From positions 1,674,001 to 1,731,407 of the forward strand of contig OZ037847.1 in NCBI GenBank assembly GCA_964035575.1: a stretch of DNA of 57,407 nt, in the 5' to 3' direction. The notes under the pieces are model-generated. The model was given only the letters and a program-made list of their open reading frames with translations. It was not told where the DNA came from and ran no database searches. Source of the stretch: Rhynchopus sp. YZ270_cl-10 (Eukaryota). Positions within the stretch are counted from its first letter, which is position 1. Each line of letters opens with the position of its first letter. A program made the translations under genes and the position numbers. Below, in pieces: positions 33,023-45,500 of the stretch.

Positions 33023-33067
<45 letters not shown>
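33023..33067. repeat. Poly(T) tract of ~45 nt
   Basis: Read directly; could be the poly(A) tail of a minus-strand retroposed sequence. Confidence 0.9.
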
Positions 33068-33070
<3 letters not shown>

Positions 33071-33544
33071 GGGTTGGGGGGAGGTGATCAGGGGTCTCAG
33101 GGACCTCGAATCAAAACAGAGGTGTCTTGACAAAAAAGGCTCAAAGGTGCAGAGGTCTGTTTAGCCTTACAGCAAATCCTTTAAAAAAGGAAAGGCCTTG
33201 AGACATAACAAAAGAGGGTTTTGAGGCAGACGGAGGGGCTCAACAAATAAGACCTTCCAGGACCCAAGTTTTTTCTAGCCCACAGCAACATAGGTAGAAA
33301 GAACATGAGAGGAAGAAGGGACTTACCTGCATGTGAGATGAAGAGGGAAATAGGCAGAGGAGAAGGAGGGGCTTTTTCACTTCAGGGGTTCTTGATGGTC
33401 AGGGCTGGGTTTCTTCTAGGTGGAGATTCCCATGGGTAGACCAAAAAGAGAGAGTAGGTTGAGGTGAAAAAGTTTGGGACAATAAAGACAATAAAGACAA
33501 TGTAAATATGCTGTCTCACCTTTTCCATTTCATTTTACTCTTTA

Positions 33545-33671
33545 AAGGGGACACGTTTTTTTTTACAAGGGGACACGTTTTTTTTACAAGGGGACACGTT
33601 TTTTTTACAAGGGGACACGTTTTTTTTACAAGGGGACACGTTTTTTTTACAAGGGGACACGTTTTTTTTAC
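33545..33671. repeat. 21-bp tandem repeat AAGGGGACACGTTTTTTTTAC, 6 copies
   Basis: Read directly. Confidence 0.95.
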
Positions 33672-33790
33672 ACATTTTCTTTTTGCTTTCCTACACAACC
33701 CTCACTACCTGCCCAAAGACCCTCCCCCAGAAGCCGTCTAGGCATTCTCTTGTGAAAGAGCTAGAAGACCCAGACGAACCCCTGGAACGG

Positions 33791-33990
33791 NNNNNNNNNN
33801 NNNNNNNNNNNNNNNNNNNNNNNNNNNNNNNNNNNNNNNNNNNNNNNNNNNNNNNNNNNNNNNNNNNNNNNNNNNNNNNNNNNNNNNNNNNNNNNNNNNN
33901 NNNNNNNNNNNNNNNNNNNNNNNNNNNNNNNNNNNNNNNNNNNNNNNNNNNNNNNNNNNNNNNNNNNNNNNNNNNNNNNNNNNNNNNNNN
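33791..33990. other. Assembly gap (200 N)
   Basis: The round-number N run suggests a scaffolding join of unknown true size. Confidence 0.99.
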
Positions 33991-33991
33991 C

Positions 33992-34465
33992 TACATGACG
34001 AGGTCCCGCGTCCCAGACCTACGTTTTCTGAACAAATCGGATTGGCGCGAGATTCATTGTGCAGGGGAGTCGCCGATCAAGGTAGGAGCAGAATTATTTG
34101 CGAAGGAGAAGGGCGTCCTGGTGGCTCGCCCCCCCATCTATCTTCCTCCGGGTCCTCTAACAGCAATCGCGGTGTCTTTTTGGAGAACTGTGCAACACCA
34201 CAACACCGTGATGGGGGGCAACACACGAGAGTTCGAGTCGCTGATGGAGCGCATTCGCAAGGTCATGCCAAAGGGGACGTGGATGCACTCATTCAAGAGA
34301 GGAGCGGCGCAAGCGATTCAACTGCAGGGGGCATCAAACGAAAGAATGCGTCTACTCCTGCGACACAGCAACGTGGGGCAGACAGCGGCATACCTGAACG
34401 CGACGAACGTATCTGCACGGATGAGGGAGACGGAGGAGCTGAAGACCCTGCAGTTGCTGCACTGA
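33992..34465 (+). CDS. Tyrosine recombinase, 5'-partial
   Basis: SRVPDL (first Arg), HSFKRGAA, LLRH and TAAY occur in the R...HxxR/K...H...Y order of the YR catalytic core. Confidence 0.88.
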   Translation, partial: YMTRSRVPDLRFLNKSDWREIHCAGESPIKVGAELFAKEKGVLVARPPIYLPPGPLTAIAVSFWRTVQHHNTVMGGNTREFESLMERIRKVMPKGTWMHSFKRGAAQAIQLQGASNERMRLLLRHSNVGQTAAYLNATNVSARMRETEELKTLQLLH

Positions 34466-34623
34466 TCAACGGGGCGAAATATCCCCTACCAGTCTGCGAC
34501 GAGGGGATAGAGGTGCCTGACCCCGACTACTTCCCCGTGGGGCTCTGCAAGCCCCCCCCCATCATAAAGAAAAGCCTTGATTCTTTCCCCACGGGCCTAA
34601 TCGTGTTGGAGGCCGTGCGCAGG

Positions 34624-36141
34624 ATGGCTGAGGAGGTAGGGAAGGACTCTGATTTCCTGCAGTGGTGTACTTCCGGACGTAAGATTGCAGATGCTTTATC
34701 TGGACCGATCCCGCTCCCTGGCCCGAAGTCAAAAATCCCAAATTCTTTTGTGTCGGAGTGCGTGAAGTCGAAGGTATTGATTCCTCTTGCTCGGACTGAC
34801 CGCAAGAAGGGCGCAGTTTGCGTTTTTGACGTCCCGAAGAGTGACCCGCAACTGCGGAGGCTAGTGGTGGATGGACGTCCTGTTAACAAAAGGATCGCCA
34901 AGCCACAGCCTTTCTCCCTGGTCAACCCCCACAAGCTTGCAACAATGCTTAAGGTGTCAAACGCACGCTTTGCTCAACAGACCGACCTAAAGGGGTATTT
35001 CCACCAGTTCCCCCTCTCACCCGAGGTGTCCAAATATTTTTGTGTGCAGGCTGGGGGACGTTGGTTTAGATGGGCGCGTCTACCCATGGGTTTTGCGTAC
35101 GCGCCGTACATCGCGCAGAACACTTCTGAGATTTTTCTTGGCCCCATTCTGAACAAATGGGGTGTTGTGTACCTTGACGACATTTTTGTGTGGGGTGCAT
35201 ATCCTGCTGAGGCGGCGGCTAAGACGGCTTTTGTGCGTGACCGTCTGCAGCGTGCGGGTGCGGAGGTAAACGTGAAGAAGTCCATGGCTAAACCGGCTGA
35301 AGTCGTTGACTTCATCGGCATAGTGTGGAACCTTCCGTTGCAATCTTTTTCGTTACCAGAGGAGTGGAGGTTAAAGTCATCACGCATCATTCATGACACC
35401 CTGAAGCTGGAGACCTGTTCCCTACGAAAATGGTGGAAGGTATGCGGACTTGTGTTCAGAGCCGCGTACGTCCTGGATTTCAAGCTATGTTTTCTTTGCC
35501 ACACTTTGCAGTTCGTGCGCAGTAAAGCACAACTCGTCTCCCGCAAGAAGCTGTCATGGGATGACGACGTGGCCATGCACGTTGCGACGAAGGAGGAGTT
35601 GGCAGCTTTCGCTGTGGCGAACATTCAGACTTGTGTGACGGTTCCCTTCCCCTCTCCGCCCCCGATACATTTCTCCATCGCAGTATGGACCGACGCGTCC
35701 ACGACAGGCTGGGGCTGGGTGTCGAAGCTGCAGAACTCTTTTTCTGGCGTCGAAAGGCACGGACGGTGGGAATCGACGCACACCTCTGGAGAGATGTTTG
35801 TGTTGGAGCTGCGTGCGGCTGAGAAGGGCATGGCAGCAGCTTTGGAGGGCGGCCACACAGCTATCGTTCTTTTCGTGGACAACGAGGCGGTGAAGTATGT
35901 CCTCAGGAGAGGCCACTCCCGCACCCGCCTGGGCAACTCCATTCTGAGGAGGATGAGCACGCGACTCTCCGCAGCGAAGGCACACCTTCACATCAGGTGG
36001 ATTAAGACCGACGAGATGCCCGCCGACTGGGGGTCCCGACAGAAGCTGGCAGGTCAGGGCGTGAGTTTGAGTCCCAACAGGTTTGGTCACGTCGTGGAGG
36101 AGGCGTCGGGGATGAGAGTGTCTGACGATGTCCTGCAGTAG
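34624..36141 (+). CDS. Reverse transcriptase-RNase H, DIRS-type (frame open from ~34042; first ATG at 34624)
   Basis: RT motifs RRLVVDGR, DLKGYFHQF, RLPMG, YLDD, FIGIVW. RNase H acidic residues in TDASTTGWG, LELRA, VDNEA, PADWGSR. Confidence 0.95.
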   Translation: MAEEVGKDSDFLQWCTSGRKIADALSGPIPLPGPKSKIPNSFVSECVKSKVLIPLARTDRKKGAVCVFDVPKSDPQLRRLVVDGRPVNKRIAKPQPFSLVNPHKLATMLKVSNARFAQQTDLKGYFHQFPLSPEVSKYFCVQAGGRWFRWARLPMGFAYAPYIAQNTSEIFLGPILNKWGVVYLDDIFVWGAYPAEAAAKTAFVRDRLQRAGAEVNVKKSMAKPAEVVDFIGIVWNLPLQSFSLPEEWRLKSSRIIHDTLKLETCSLRKWWKVCGLVFRAAYVLDFKLCFLCHTLQFVRSKAQLVSRKKLSWDDDVAMHVATKEELAAFAVANIQTCVTVPFPSPPPIHFSIAVWTDASTTGWGWVSKLQNSFSGVERHGRWESTHTSGEMFVLELRAAEKGMAAALEGGHTAIVLFVDNEAVKYVLRRGHSRTRLGNSILRRMSTRLSAAKAHLHIRWIKTDEMPADWGSRQKLAGQGVSLSPNRFGHVVEEASGMRVSDDVLQ

Positions 36142-36580
36142 ATGTTTTTTCTATTTTCTAGGGTGTGGCTTTGTTTTTTCTGGTCGTCGGAGTGCGAATG
36201 GTCGAGTCAAGGTTGTTGTTTTTGATGTTTCGTGCGTGTGTTTCGCGTGGGGCTGTTTTTTACCTACGTTACGTTTTTTCGTGCCATATTTTTTGTGTTC
36301 GGAGTTGTTTTCTGTCATGAGACAGTATTGGAGATTATGCTTCTCACGTGGAGAACGCTACCTCAGTGTGGCGTCAAAGTTGGGCACAGGTCAGGGCACG
36401 AGCGACGGGTGTTTCCCCAGTCTCGCCCTCATGACCACATACCTCGCTGCCGTTTTTTCGGCGCTATTAACCAAAAAAGACCTTTCCCCCCATATTTTAT
36501 CCTAAAGAGACCCCCACACACACACACCCACACACACACACACACACCCCCTCACCACCAGAGGGGATTTGACCAAAAAA

Positions 36581-39500
36581 TCCTAAAAAACCTTAGTTTT
36601 TTAGTTTTTACTTTAGGCCGTGCGCCACCCACACCCACCCCCGCACACACCCACCCCCACACACCCACACACCCACACACCCACACACACACACCCCCTC
36701 ACCACAGGTGGATTTTTCGAAATATTTCACTAAACTTTTGCTTATCAGAAAGTGACTTTTTTGGGTACATCGTGCAGTTTGGGGATATTGAGGCGGAAAA
36801 AACAATATTAAGACAGTCCTGTTCAAAAATTGCTTTAGTAAATGACACTTGGCATTATGCCAAAATCAGCATTTTTGCCTTGAAAAACCTAAAAAATCAC
36901 ATGTAATGTGTGGTGGTCAAAAGTGCACGATTCCTTCGTTAATGCATTTTTTGAGTACCAGTTATATCTGGGGAATATAGTCAGATCACTCTTCAGACCA
37001 GCTGGCGTTTACCACAAAAACACTACTTTTTCAACAGGCCACTTTTCGCCTGAAGAGCCACTTAAGGCAGGCACCACCAGCCAGCCAGTTTCCATGAGCG
37101 GCAGAACTGGAATGTGCGTATTGGGCAGTGAAACTGCCGAGTACGCACACTCCAGTTCAGAAAAAAATCCTAAAAAACCTTAGTTTTTTAGTTTTTACTT
37201 TAGGCCGTGCGCCACCCACACCCACCCCCGCACACACCCACCCCCACACACCCACACACCCACACACACACACCCCCTCACCACAGGTGGATTTTTCGAA
37301 ATATTTCACTAAACTTTTGCTTATCAGAAAGTGACTTTTTTGGGTACATCGTGCAGTTTGGGGATATTGAGGCGGAAAAAAAAATATTAAGACAGTCCTG
37401 TTCAAAAATTGCTTTAGTAAATGACACTTGGCATTATGCCAAAATCAGCATTTTTGCCTTGAAAAACCTAAAAAATCACATGTAATGTGTGGTGGTCAAA
37501 AGTGCACGATTCCTTCGTTAATGCATTTTTTGAGTACCAGTTATATCTGGGGAATATAGTCAGATCACTCTTCAGACCAGCTGGCGTTTACCACAAAAAC
37601 ACTACTTTTTCAACAGGCCACTTTTCGCCTGAAGAGCCACTTAAGGCAGGCACCACCAGCCAGCCAGTTTCCATGAGCGGCAGAACTGGAATGTGCGTAT
37701 TGGGCAGTGAAACTGCCGAGTACGCACACTCCAGTTCAGAAAAAAATCCTAAAAAACCTTAGTTTTTTAGTTTTTACTTTAGGCCGTGCGCCACCCACAC
37801 CCACCCCCGCACACACCCACCCCCACACACCCACACACCCACACACACACACCCCCTCACCACAGGTGGATTTTTCGAAATATTTCACTAAACTTTTGCT
37901 TATCAGAAAGTGACTTTTTTGGGTACATCGTGCAGTTTGGGGATATTGAGGCGGAAAAAAAAATATTAAGACAGTCCTGTTCAAAAATTGCTTTAGTAAA
38001 TGACACTTGGCATTATGCCAAAATCAGCATTTTTGCCTTGAAAAACCTAAAAAATCACATGTAATGTGTGGTGGTCAAAAGTGCACGATTCCTTCGTTAA
38101 TGCATTTTTTGAGTACCAGTTATATCTGGGGAATATAGTCAGATCACTCTTCAGACCAGCTGGCGTTTACCACAAAAACACTACTTTTTCAACAGGCCAC
38201 TTTTCGCCTGAAGAGCCACTTAAGGCAGGCACCACCAGCCAGCCAGTTTCCATGAGCGGCAGAACTGGAATGTGCGTATTGGGCAGTGAAACTGCCGAGT
38301 ACGCACACTCCAGTTCAGAAAAAAATCCTAAAAAACCTTAGTTTTTTAGTTTTTACTTTAGGCCGTGCGCCACCCACACCCACCCCCGCACACACCCACC
38401 CCCACACACCCACACACCCACACACCCACACACACACACCCCCTCACCACAGGTGGATTTTTCGAAATATTTCACTAAACTTTTGCTTATCAGAAAGTGA
38501 CTTTTTTGGGTACATCGTGCAGTTTGGGGATATTGAGGCGGAAAAAAAAATATTAAGACAGTCCTGTTCAAAAATTGCTTTAGTAAATGACACTTGGCAT
38601 TATGCCAAAATCAGCATTTTTGCCTTGAAAAACCTAAAAAATCACATGTAATGTGTGGTGGTCAAAAGTGCACGATTCCTTCGTTAATGCATTTTTTGAG
38701 TACCAGTTATATCTGGGGAATATAGTCAGATCACTCTTCAGACCAGCTGGCGTTTACCACAAAAACACTACTTTTTCAACAGGCCACTTTTCGCCTGAAG
38801 AGCCACTTAAGGCAGGCACCACCAGCCAGCCAGTTTCCATGAGCGGCAGAACTGGAATGTGCGTATTGGGCAGTGAAACTGCCGAGTACGCACACTCCAG
38901 TTCAGAAAAAAATCCTAAAAAACCTTAGTTTTTTAGTTTTTACTTTAGGCCGTGCGCCACCCACACCCACCCCCGCACACACCCACCCCCACACACCCAC
39001 ACACCCACACACCCACACACACACACCCCCTCACCACAGGTGGATTTTTCGAAATATTTCACTAAACTTTTGCTTATCAGAAAGTGACTTTTTTGGGTAC
39101 ATCGTGCAGTTTGGGGATATTGAGGCGGAAAAAAAAATATTAAGACAGTCCTGTTCAAAAATTGCTTTAGTAAATGACACTTGGCATTATGCCAAAATCA
39201 GCATTTTTGCCTTGAAAAACCTAAAAAATCACATGTAATGTGTGGTGGTCAAAAGTGCACGATTCCTTCGTTAATGCATTTTTTGAGTACCAGTTATATC
39301 TGGGGAATATAGTCAGATCACTCTTCAGACCAGCTGGCGTTTACCACAAAAACACTACTTTTTCAACAGGCCACTTTTCGCCTGAAGAGCCACTTAAGGC
39401 AGGCACCACCAGCCAGCCAGTTTCCATGAGCGGCAGAACTGGAATGTGCGTATTGGGCAGTGAAACTGCCGAGTACGCACACTCCAGTTCAGAAAAAAAT

Positions 39501-42500
39501 CCTAAAAAACCTTAGTTTTTTAGTTTTTACTTTAGGCCGTGCGCCACCCACACCCACCCCCGCACACACCCACCCCCACACACCCACACACCCACACACC
39601 CACACACACACACCCCCTCACCACAGGTGGATTTTTCGAAATATTTCACTAAACTTTTGCTTATCAGAAAGTGACTTTTTTGGGTACATCGTGCAGTTTG
39701 GGGATATTGAGGCGGAAAAAAAAATATTAAGACAGTCCTGTTCAAAAATTGCTTTAGTAAATGACACTTGGCATTATGCCAAAATCAGCATTTTTGCCTT
39801 GAAAAACCTAAAAAATCACATGTAATGTGTGGTGGTCAAAAGTGCACGATTCCTTCGTTAATGCATTTTTTGAGTACCAGTTATATCTGGGGAATATAGT
39901 CAGATCACTCTTCAGACCAGCTGGCGTTTACCACAAAAACACTACTTTTTCAACAGGCCACTTTTCGCCTGAAGAGCCACTTAAGGCAGGCACCACCAGC
40001 CAGCCAGTTTCCATGAGCGGCAGAACTGGAATGTGCGTATTGGGCAGTGAAACTGCCGAGTACGCACACTCCAGTTCAGAAAAAAATCCTAAAAAACCTT
40101 AGTTTTTTAGTTTTTACTTTAGGCCGTGCGCCACCCACACCCACCCCCGCACACACCCACCCCCACACACCCACACACCCACACACCCACACACACACAC
40201 CCCCTCACCACAGGTGGATTTTTCGAAATATTTCACTAAACTTTTGCTTATCAGAAAGTGACTTTTTTGGGTACATCGTGCAGTTTGGGGATATTGAGGC
40301 GGAAAAAAAAATATTAAGACAGTCCTGTTCAAAAATTGCTTTAGTAAATGACACTTGGCATTATGCCAAAATCAGCATTTTTGCCTTGAAAAACCTAAAA
40401 AATCACATGTAATGTGTGGTGGTCAAAAGTGCACGATTCCTTCGTTAATGCATTTTTTGAGTACCAGTTATATCTGGGGAATATAGTCAGATCACTCTTC
40501 AGACCAGCTGGCGTTTACCACAAAAACACTACTTTTTCAACAGGCCACTTTTCGCCTGAAGAGCCACTTAAGGCAGGCACCACCAGCCAGCCAGTTTCCA
40601 TGAGCGGCAGAACTGGAATGTGCGTATTGGGCAGTGAAACTGCCGAGTACGCACACTCCAGTTCAGAAAAAAATCCTAAAAAACCTTAGTTTTTTAGTTT
40701 TTACTTTAGGCCGTGCGCCACCCACACCCACCCCCGCACACACCCACCCCCACACACCCACACACCCACACACCCACACACACACACCCCCTCACCACAG
40801 GTGGATTTTTCGAAATATTTCACTAAACTTTTGCTTATCAGAAAGTGACTTTTTTGGGTACATCGTGCAGTTTGGGGATATTGAGGCGGAAAAAAAAATA
40901 TTAAGACAGTCCTGTTCAAAAATTGCTTTAGTAAATGACACTTGGCATTATGCCAAAATCAGCATTTTTGCCTTGAAAAACCTAAAAAATCACATGTAAT
41001 GTGTGGTGGTCAAAAGTGCACGATTCCTTCGTTAATGCATTTTTTGAGTACCAGTTATATCTGGGGAATATAGTCAGATCACTCTTCAGACCAGCTGGCG
41101 TTTACCACAAAAACACTACTTTTTCAACAGGCCACTTTTCGCCTGAAGAGCCACTTAAGGCAGGCACCACCAGCCAGCCAGTTTCCATGAGCGGCAGAAC
41201 TGGAATGTGCGTATTGGGCAGTGAAACTGCCGAGTACGCACACTCCAGTTCAGAAAAAAATCCTAAAAAACCTTAGTTTTTTAGTTTTTACTTTAGGCCG
41301 TGCGCCACCCACACCCACCCCCGCACACACCCACCCCCACACACCCACACACCCACACACCCACACACACACACCCCCTCACCACAGGTGGATTTTTCGA
41401 AATATTTCACTAAACTTTTGCTTATCAGAAAGTGACTTTTTTGGGTACATCGTGCAGTTTGGGGATATTGAGGCGGAAAAAAAAATATTAAGACAGTCCT
41501 GTTCAAAAATTGCTTTAGTAAATGACACTTGGCATTATGCCAAAATCAGCATTTTTGCCTTGAAAAACCTAAAAAATCACATGTAATGTGTGGTGGTCAA
41601 AAGTGCACGATTCCTTCGTTAATGCATTTTTTGAGTACCAGTTATATCTGGGGAATATAGTCAGATCACTCTTCAGACCAGCTGGCGTTTACCACAAAAA
41701 CACTACTTTTTCAACAGGCCACTTTTCGCCTGAAGAGCCACTTAAGGCAGGCACCACCAGCCAGCCAGTTTCCATGAGCGGCAGAACTGGAATGTGCGTA
41801 TTGGGCAGTGAAACTGCCGAGTACGCACACTCCAGTTCAGAAAAAAATCCTAAAAAACCTTAGTTTTTTAGTTTTTACTTTAGGCCGTGCGCCACCCACA
41901 CCCACCCCCGCACACACCCACCCCCACACACCCACACACCCACACACCCACACACACACACCCCCTCACCACAGGTGGATTTTTCGAAATATTTCACTAA
42001 ACTTTTGCTTATCAGAAAGTGACTTTTTTGGGTACATCGTGCAGTTTGGGGATATTGAGGCGGAAAAAAAAATATTAAGACAGTCCTGTTCAAAAATTGC
42101 TTTAGTAAATGACACTTGGCATTATGCCAAAATCAGCATTTTTGCCTTGAAAAACCTAAAAAATCACATGTAATGTGTGGTGGTCAAAAGTGCACGATTC
42201 CTTCGTTAATGCATTTTTTGAGTACCAGTTATATCTGGGGAATATAGTCAGATCACTCTTCAGACCAGCTGGCGTTTACCACAAAAACACTACTTTTTCA
42301 ACAGGCCACTTTTCGCCTGAAGAGCCACTTAAGGCAGGCACCACCAGCCAGCCAGTTTCCATGAGCGGCAGAACTGGAATGTGCGTATTGGGCAGTGAAA
42401 CTGCCGAGTACGCACACTCCAGTTCAGAAAAAAATCCTAAAAAACCTTAGTTTTTTAGTTTTTACTTTAGGCCGTGCGCCACCCACACCCACCCCCGCAC

Positions 42501-45500
42501 ACACCCACCCCCACACACCCACACACCCACACACCCACACACACACACCCCCTCACCACAGGTGGATTTTTCGAAATATTTCACTAAACTTTTGCTTATC
42601 AGAAAGTGACTTTTTTGGGTACATCGTGCAGTTTGGGGATATTGAGGCGGAAAAAAAAATATTAAGACAGTCCTGTTCAAAAATTGCTTTAGTAAATGAC
42701 ACTTGGCATTATGCCAAAATCAGCATTTTTGCCTTGAAAAACCTAAAAAATCACATGTAATGTGTGGTGGTCAAAAGTGCACGATTCCTTCGTTAATGCA
42801 TTTTTTGAGTACCAGTTATATCTGGGGAATATAGTCAGATCACTCTTCAGACCAGCTGGCGTTTACCACAAAAACACTACTTTTTCAACAGGCCACTTTT
42901 CGCCTGAAGAGCCACTTAAGGCAGGCACCACCAGCCAGCCAGTTTCCATGAGCGGCAGAACTGGAATGTGCGTATTGGGCAGTGAAACTGCCGAGTACGC
43001 ACACTCCAGTTCAGAAAAAAATCCTAAAAAACCTTAGTTTTTTAGTTTTTACTTTAGGCCGTGCGCCACCCACACCCACCCCCGCACACACCCACCCCCA
43101 CACACCCACACACCCACACACCCACACACACACACCCCCTCACCACAGGTGGATTTTTCGAAATATTTCACTAAACTTTTGCTTATCAGAAAGTGACTTT
43201 TTTGGGTACATCGTGCAGTTTGGGGATATTGAGGCGGAAAAAAAAATATTAAGACAGTCCTGTTCAAAAATTGCTTTAGTAAATGACACTTGGCATTATG
43301 CCAAAATCAGCATTTTTGCCTTGAAAAACCTAAAAAATCACATGTAATGTGTGGTGGTCAAAAGTGCACGATTCCTTCGTTAATGCATTTTTTGAGTACC
43401 AGTTATATCTGGGGAATATAGTCAGATCACTCTTCAGACCAGCTGGCGTTTACCACAAAAACACTACTTTTTCAACAGGCCACTTTTCGCCTGAAGAGCC
43501 ACTTAAGGCAGGCACCACCAGCCAGCCAGTTTCCATGAGCGGCAGAACTGGAATGTGCGTATTGGGCAGTGAAACTGCCGAGTACGCACACTCCAGTTCA
43601 GAAAAAAATCCTAAAAAACCTTAGTTTTTTAGTTTTTACTTTAGGCCGTGCGCCACCCACACCCACCCCCGCACACACCCACCCCCACACACCCACACAC
43701 CCACACACCCACACACACACACCCCCTCACCACAGGTGGATTTTTCGAAATATTTCACTAAACTTTTGCTTATCAGAAAGTGACTTTTTTGGGTACATCG
43801 TGCAGTTTGGGGATATTGAGGCGGAAAAAAAAATATTAAGACAGTCCTGTTCAAAAATTGCTTTAGTAAATGACACTTGGCATTATGCCAAAATCAGCAT
43901 TTTTGCCTTGAAAAACCTAAAAAATCACATGTAATGTGTGGTGGTCAAAAGTGCACGATTCCTTCGTTAATGCATTTTTTGAGTACCAGTTATATCTGGG
44001 GAATATAGTCAGATCACTCTTCAGACCAGCTGGCGTTTACCACAAAAACACTACTTTTTCAACAGGCCACTTTTCGCCTGAAGAGCCACTTAAGGCAGGC
44101 ACCACCAGCCAGCCAGTTTCCATGAGCGGCAGAACTGGAATGTGCGTATTGGGCAGTGAAACTGCCGAGTACGCACACTCCAGTTCAGAAAAAAATCCTA
44201 AAAAACCTTAGTTTTTTAGTTTTTACTTTAGGCCGTGCGCCACCCACACCCACCCCCGCACACACCCACCCCCACACACCCACACACCCACACACCCACA
44301 CACACACACCCCCTCACCACAGGTGGATTTTTCGAAATATTTCACTAAACTTTTGCTTATCAGAAAGTGACTTTTTTGGGTACATCGTGCAGTTTGGGGA
44401 TATTGAGGCGGAAAAAAAAATATTAAGACAGTCCTGTTCAAAAATTGCTTTAGTAAATGACACTTGGCATTATGCCAAAATCAGCATTTTTGCCTTGAAA
44501 AACCTAAAAAATCACATGTAATGTGTGGTGGTCAAAAGTGCACGATTCCTTCGTTAATGCATTTTTTGAGTACCAGTTATATCTGGGGAATATAGTCAGA
44601 TCACTCTTCAGACCAGCTGGCGTTTACCACAAAAACACTACTTTTTCAACAGGCCACTTTTCGCCTGAAGAGCCACTTAAGGCAGGCACCACCAGCCAGC
44701 CAGTTTCCATGAGCGGCAGAACTGGAATGTGCGTATTGGGCAGTGAAACTGCCGAGTACGCACACTCCAGTTCAGAAAAAAATCCTAAAAAACCTTAGTT
44801 TTTTAGTTTTTACTTTAGGCCGTGCGCCACCCACACCCACCCCCGCACACACCCACCCCCACACACCCACACACCCACACACCCACACACACACACCCCC
44901 TCACCACAGGTGGATTTTTCGAAATATTTCACTAAACTTTTGCTTATCAGAAAGTGACTTTTTTGGGTACATCGTGCAGTTTGGGGATATTGAGGCGGAA
45001 AAAAAAATATTAAGACAGTCCTGTTCAAAAATTGCTTTAGTAAATGACACTTGGCATTATGCCAAAATCAGCATTTTTGCCTTGAAAAACCTAAAAAATC
45101 ACATGTAATGTGTGGTGGTCAAAAGTGCACGATTCCTTCGTTAATGCATTTTTTGAGTACCAGTTATATCTGGGGAATATAGTCAGATCACTCTTCAGAC
45201 CAGCTGGCGTTTACCACAAAAACACTACTTTTTCAACAGGCCACTTTTCGCCTGAAGAGCCACTTAAGGCAGGCACCACCAGCCAGCCAGTTTCCATGAG
45301 CGGCAGAACTGGAATGTGCGTATTGGGCAGTGAAACTGCCGAGTACGCACACTCCAGTTCAGAAAAAAATCCTAAAAAACCTTAGTTTTTTAGTTTTTAC
45401 TTTAGGCCGTGCGCCACCCACACCCACCCCCGCACACACCCACCCCCACACACCCACACACCCACACACCCACACACACACACCCCCTCACCACAGGTGG

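Larger units (their letters stand above)
33991..36512 (+). mobile_element. Tyrosine-recombinase (DIRS-order) retrotransposon with TATE/VIPER-like gene order; 5' part lost in the gap
   Basis: A YR ORF is followed by an overlapping RT-RNaseH ORF and a ~370-bp T-rich 3' region that abuts a satellite CA tract. The 3' boundary is approximate. Confidence 0.88.

Noticed and set aside
33321..33331. U1 snRNA 5' end (ACTTACCTG)
   Set aside because: Only 9 nt match, and no U1 stem-loops or Sm site are recognisable downstream.
31615..33671. CRISPR array or repeat-protein genes
   Set aside because: These are pure tandem repeats with no unique spacers. The long ORFs arise only because the 8-mer and 13-mer lack stop codons.
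33683..33990. N-terminal extension of the YR ORF across the gap
   Set aside because: It spans 200 Ns of unknown true length, so frame and adjacency cannot be supported.
37049..37140. Hammerhead ribozyme in the satellite (CTGAAGA ... GAAA)
   Set aside because: The short GCC/GGC stem after CTGAAGA is followed by AGGC, not GAAA. The later GAAA is the loop of a separate hairpin. No valid core was found by eye on either strand.
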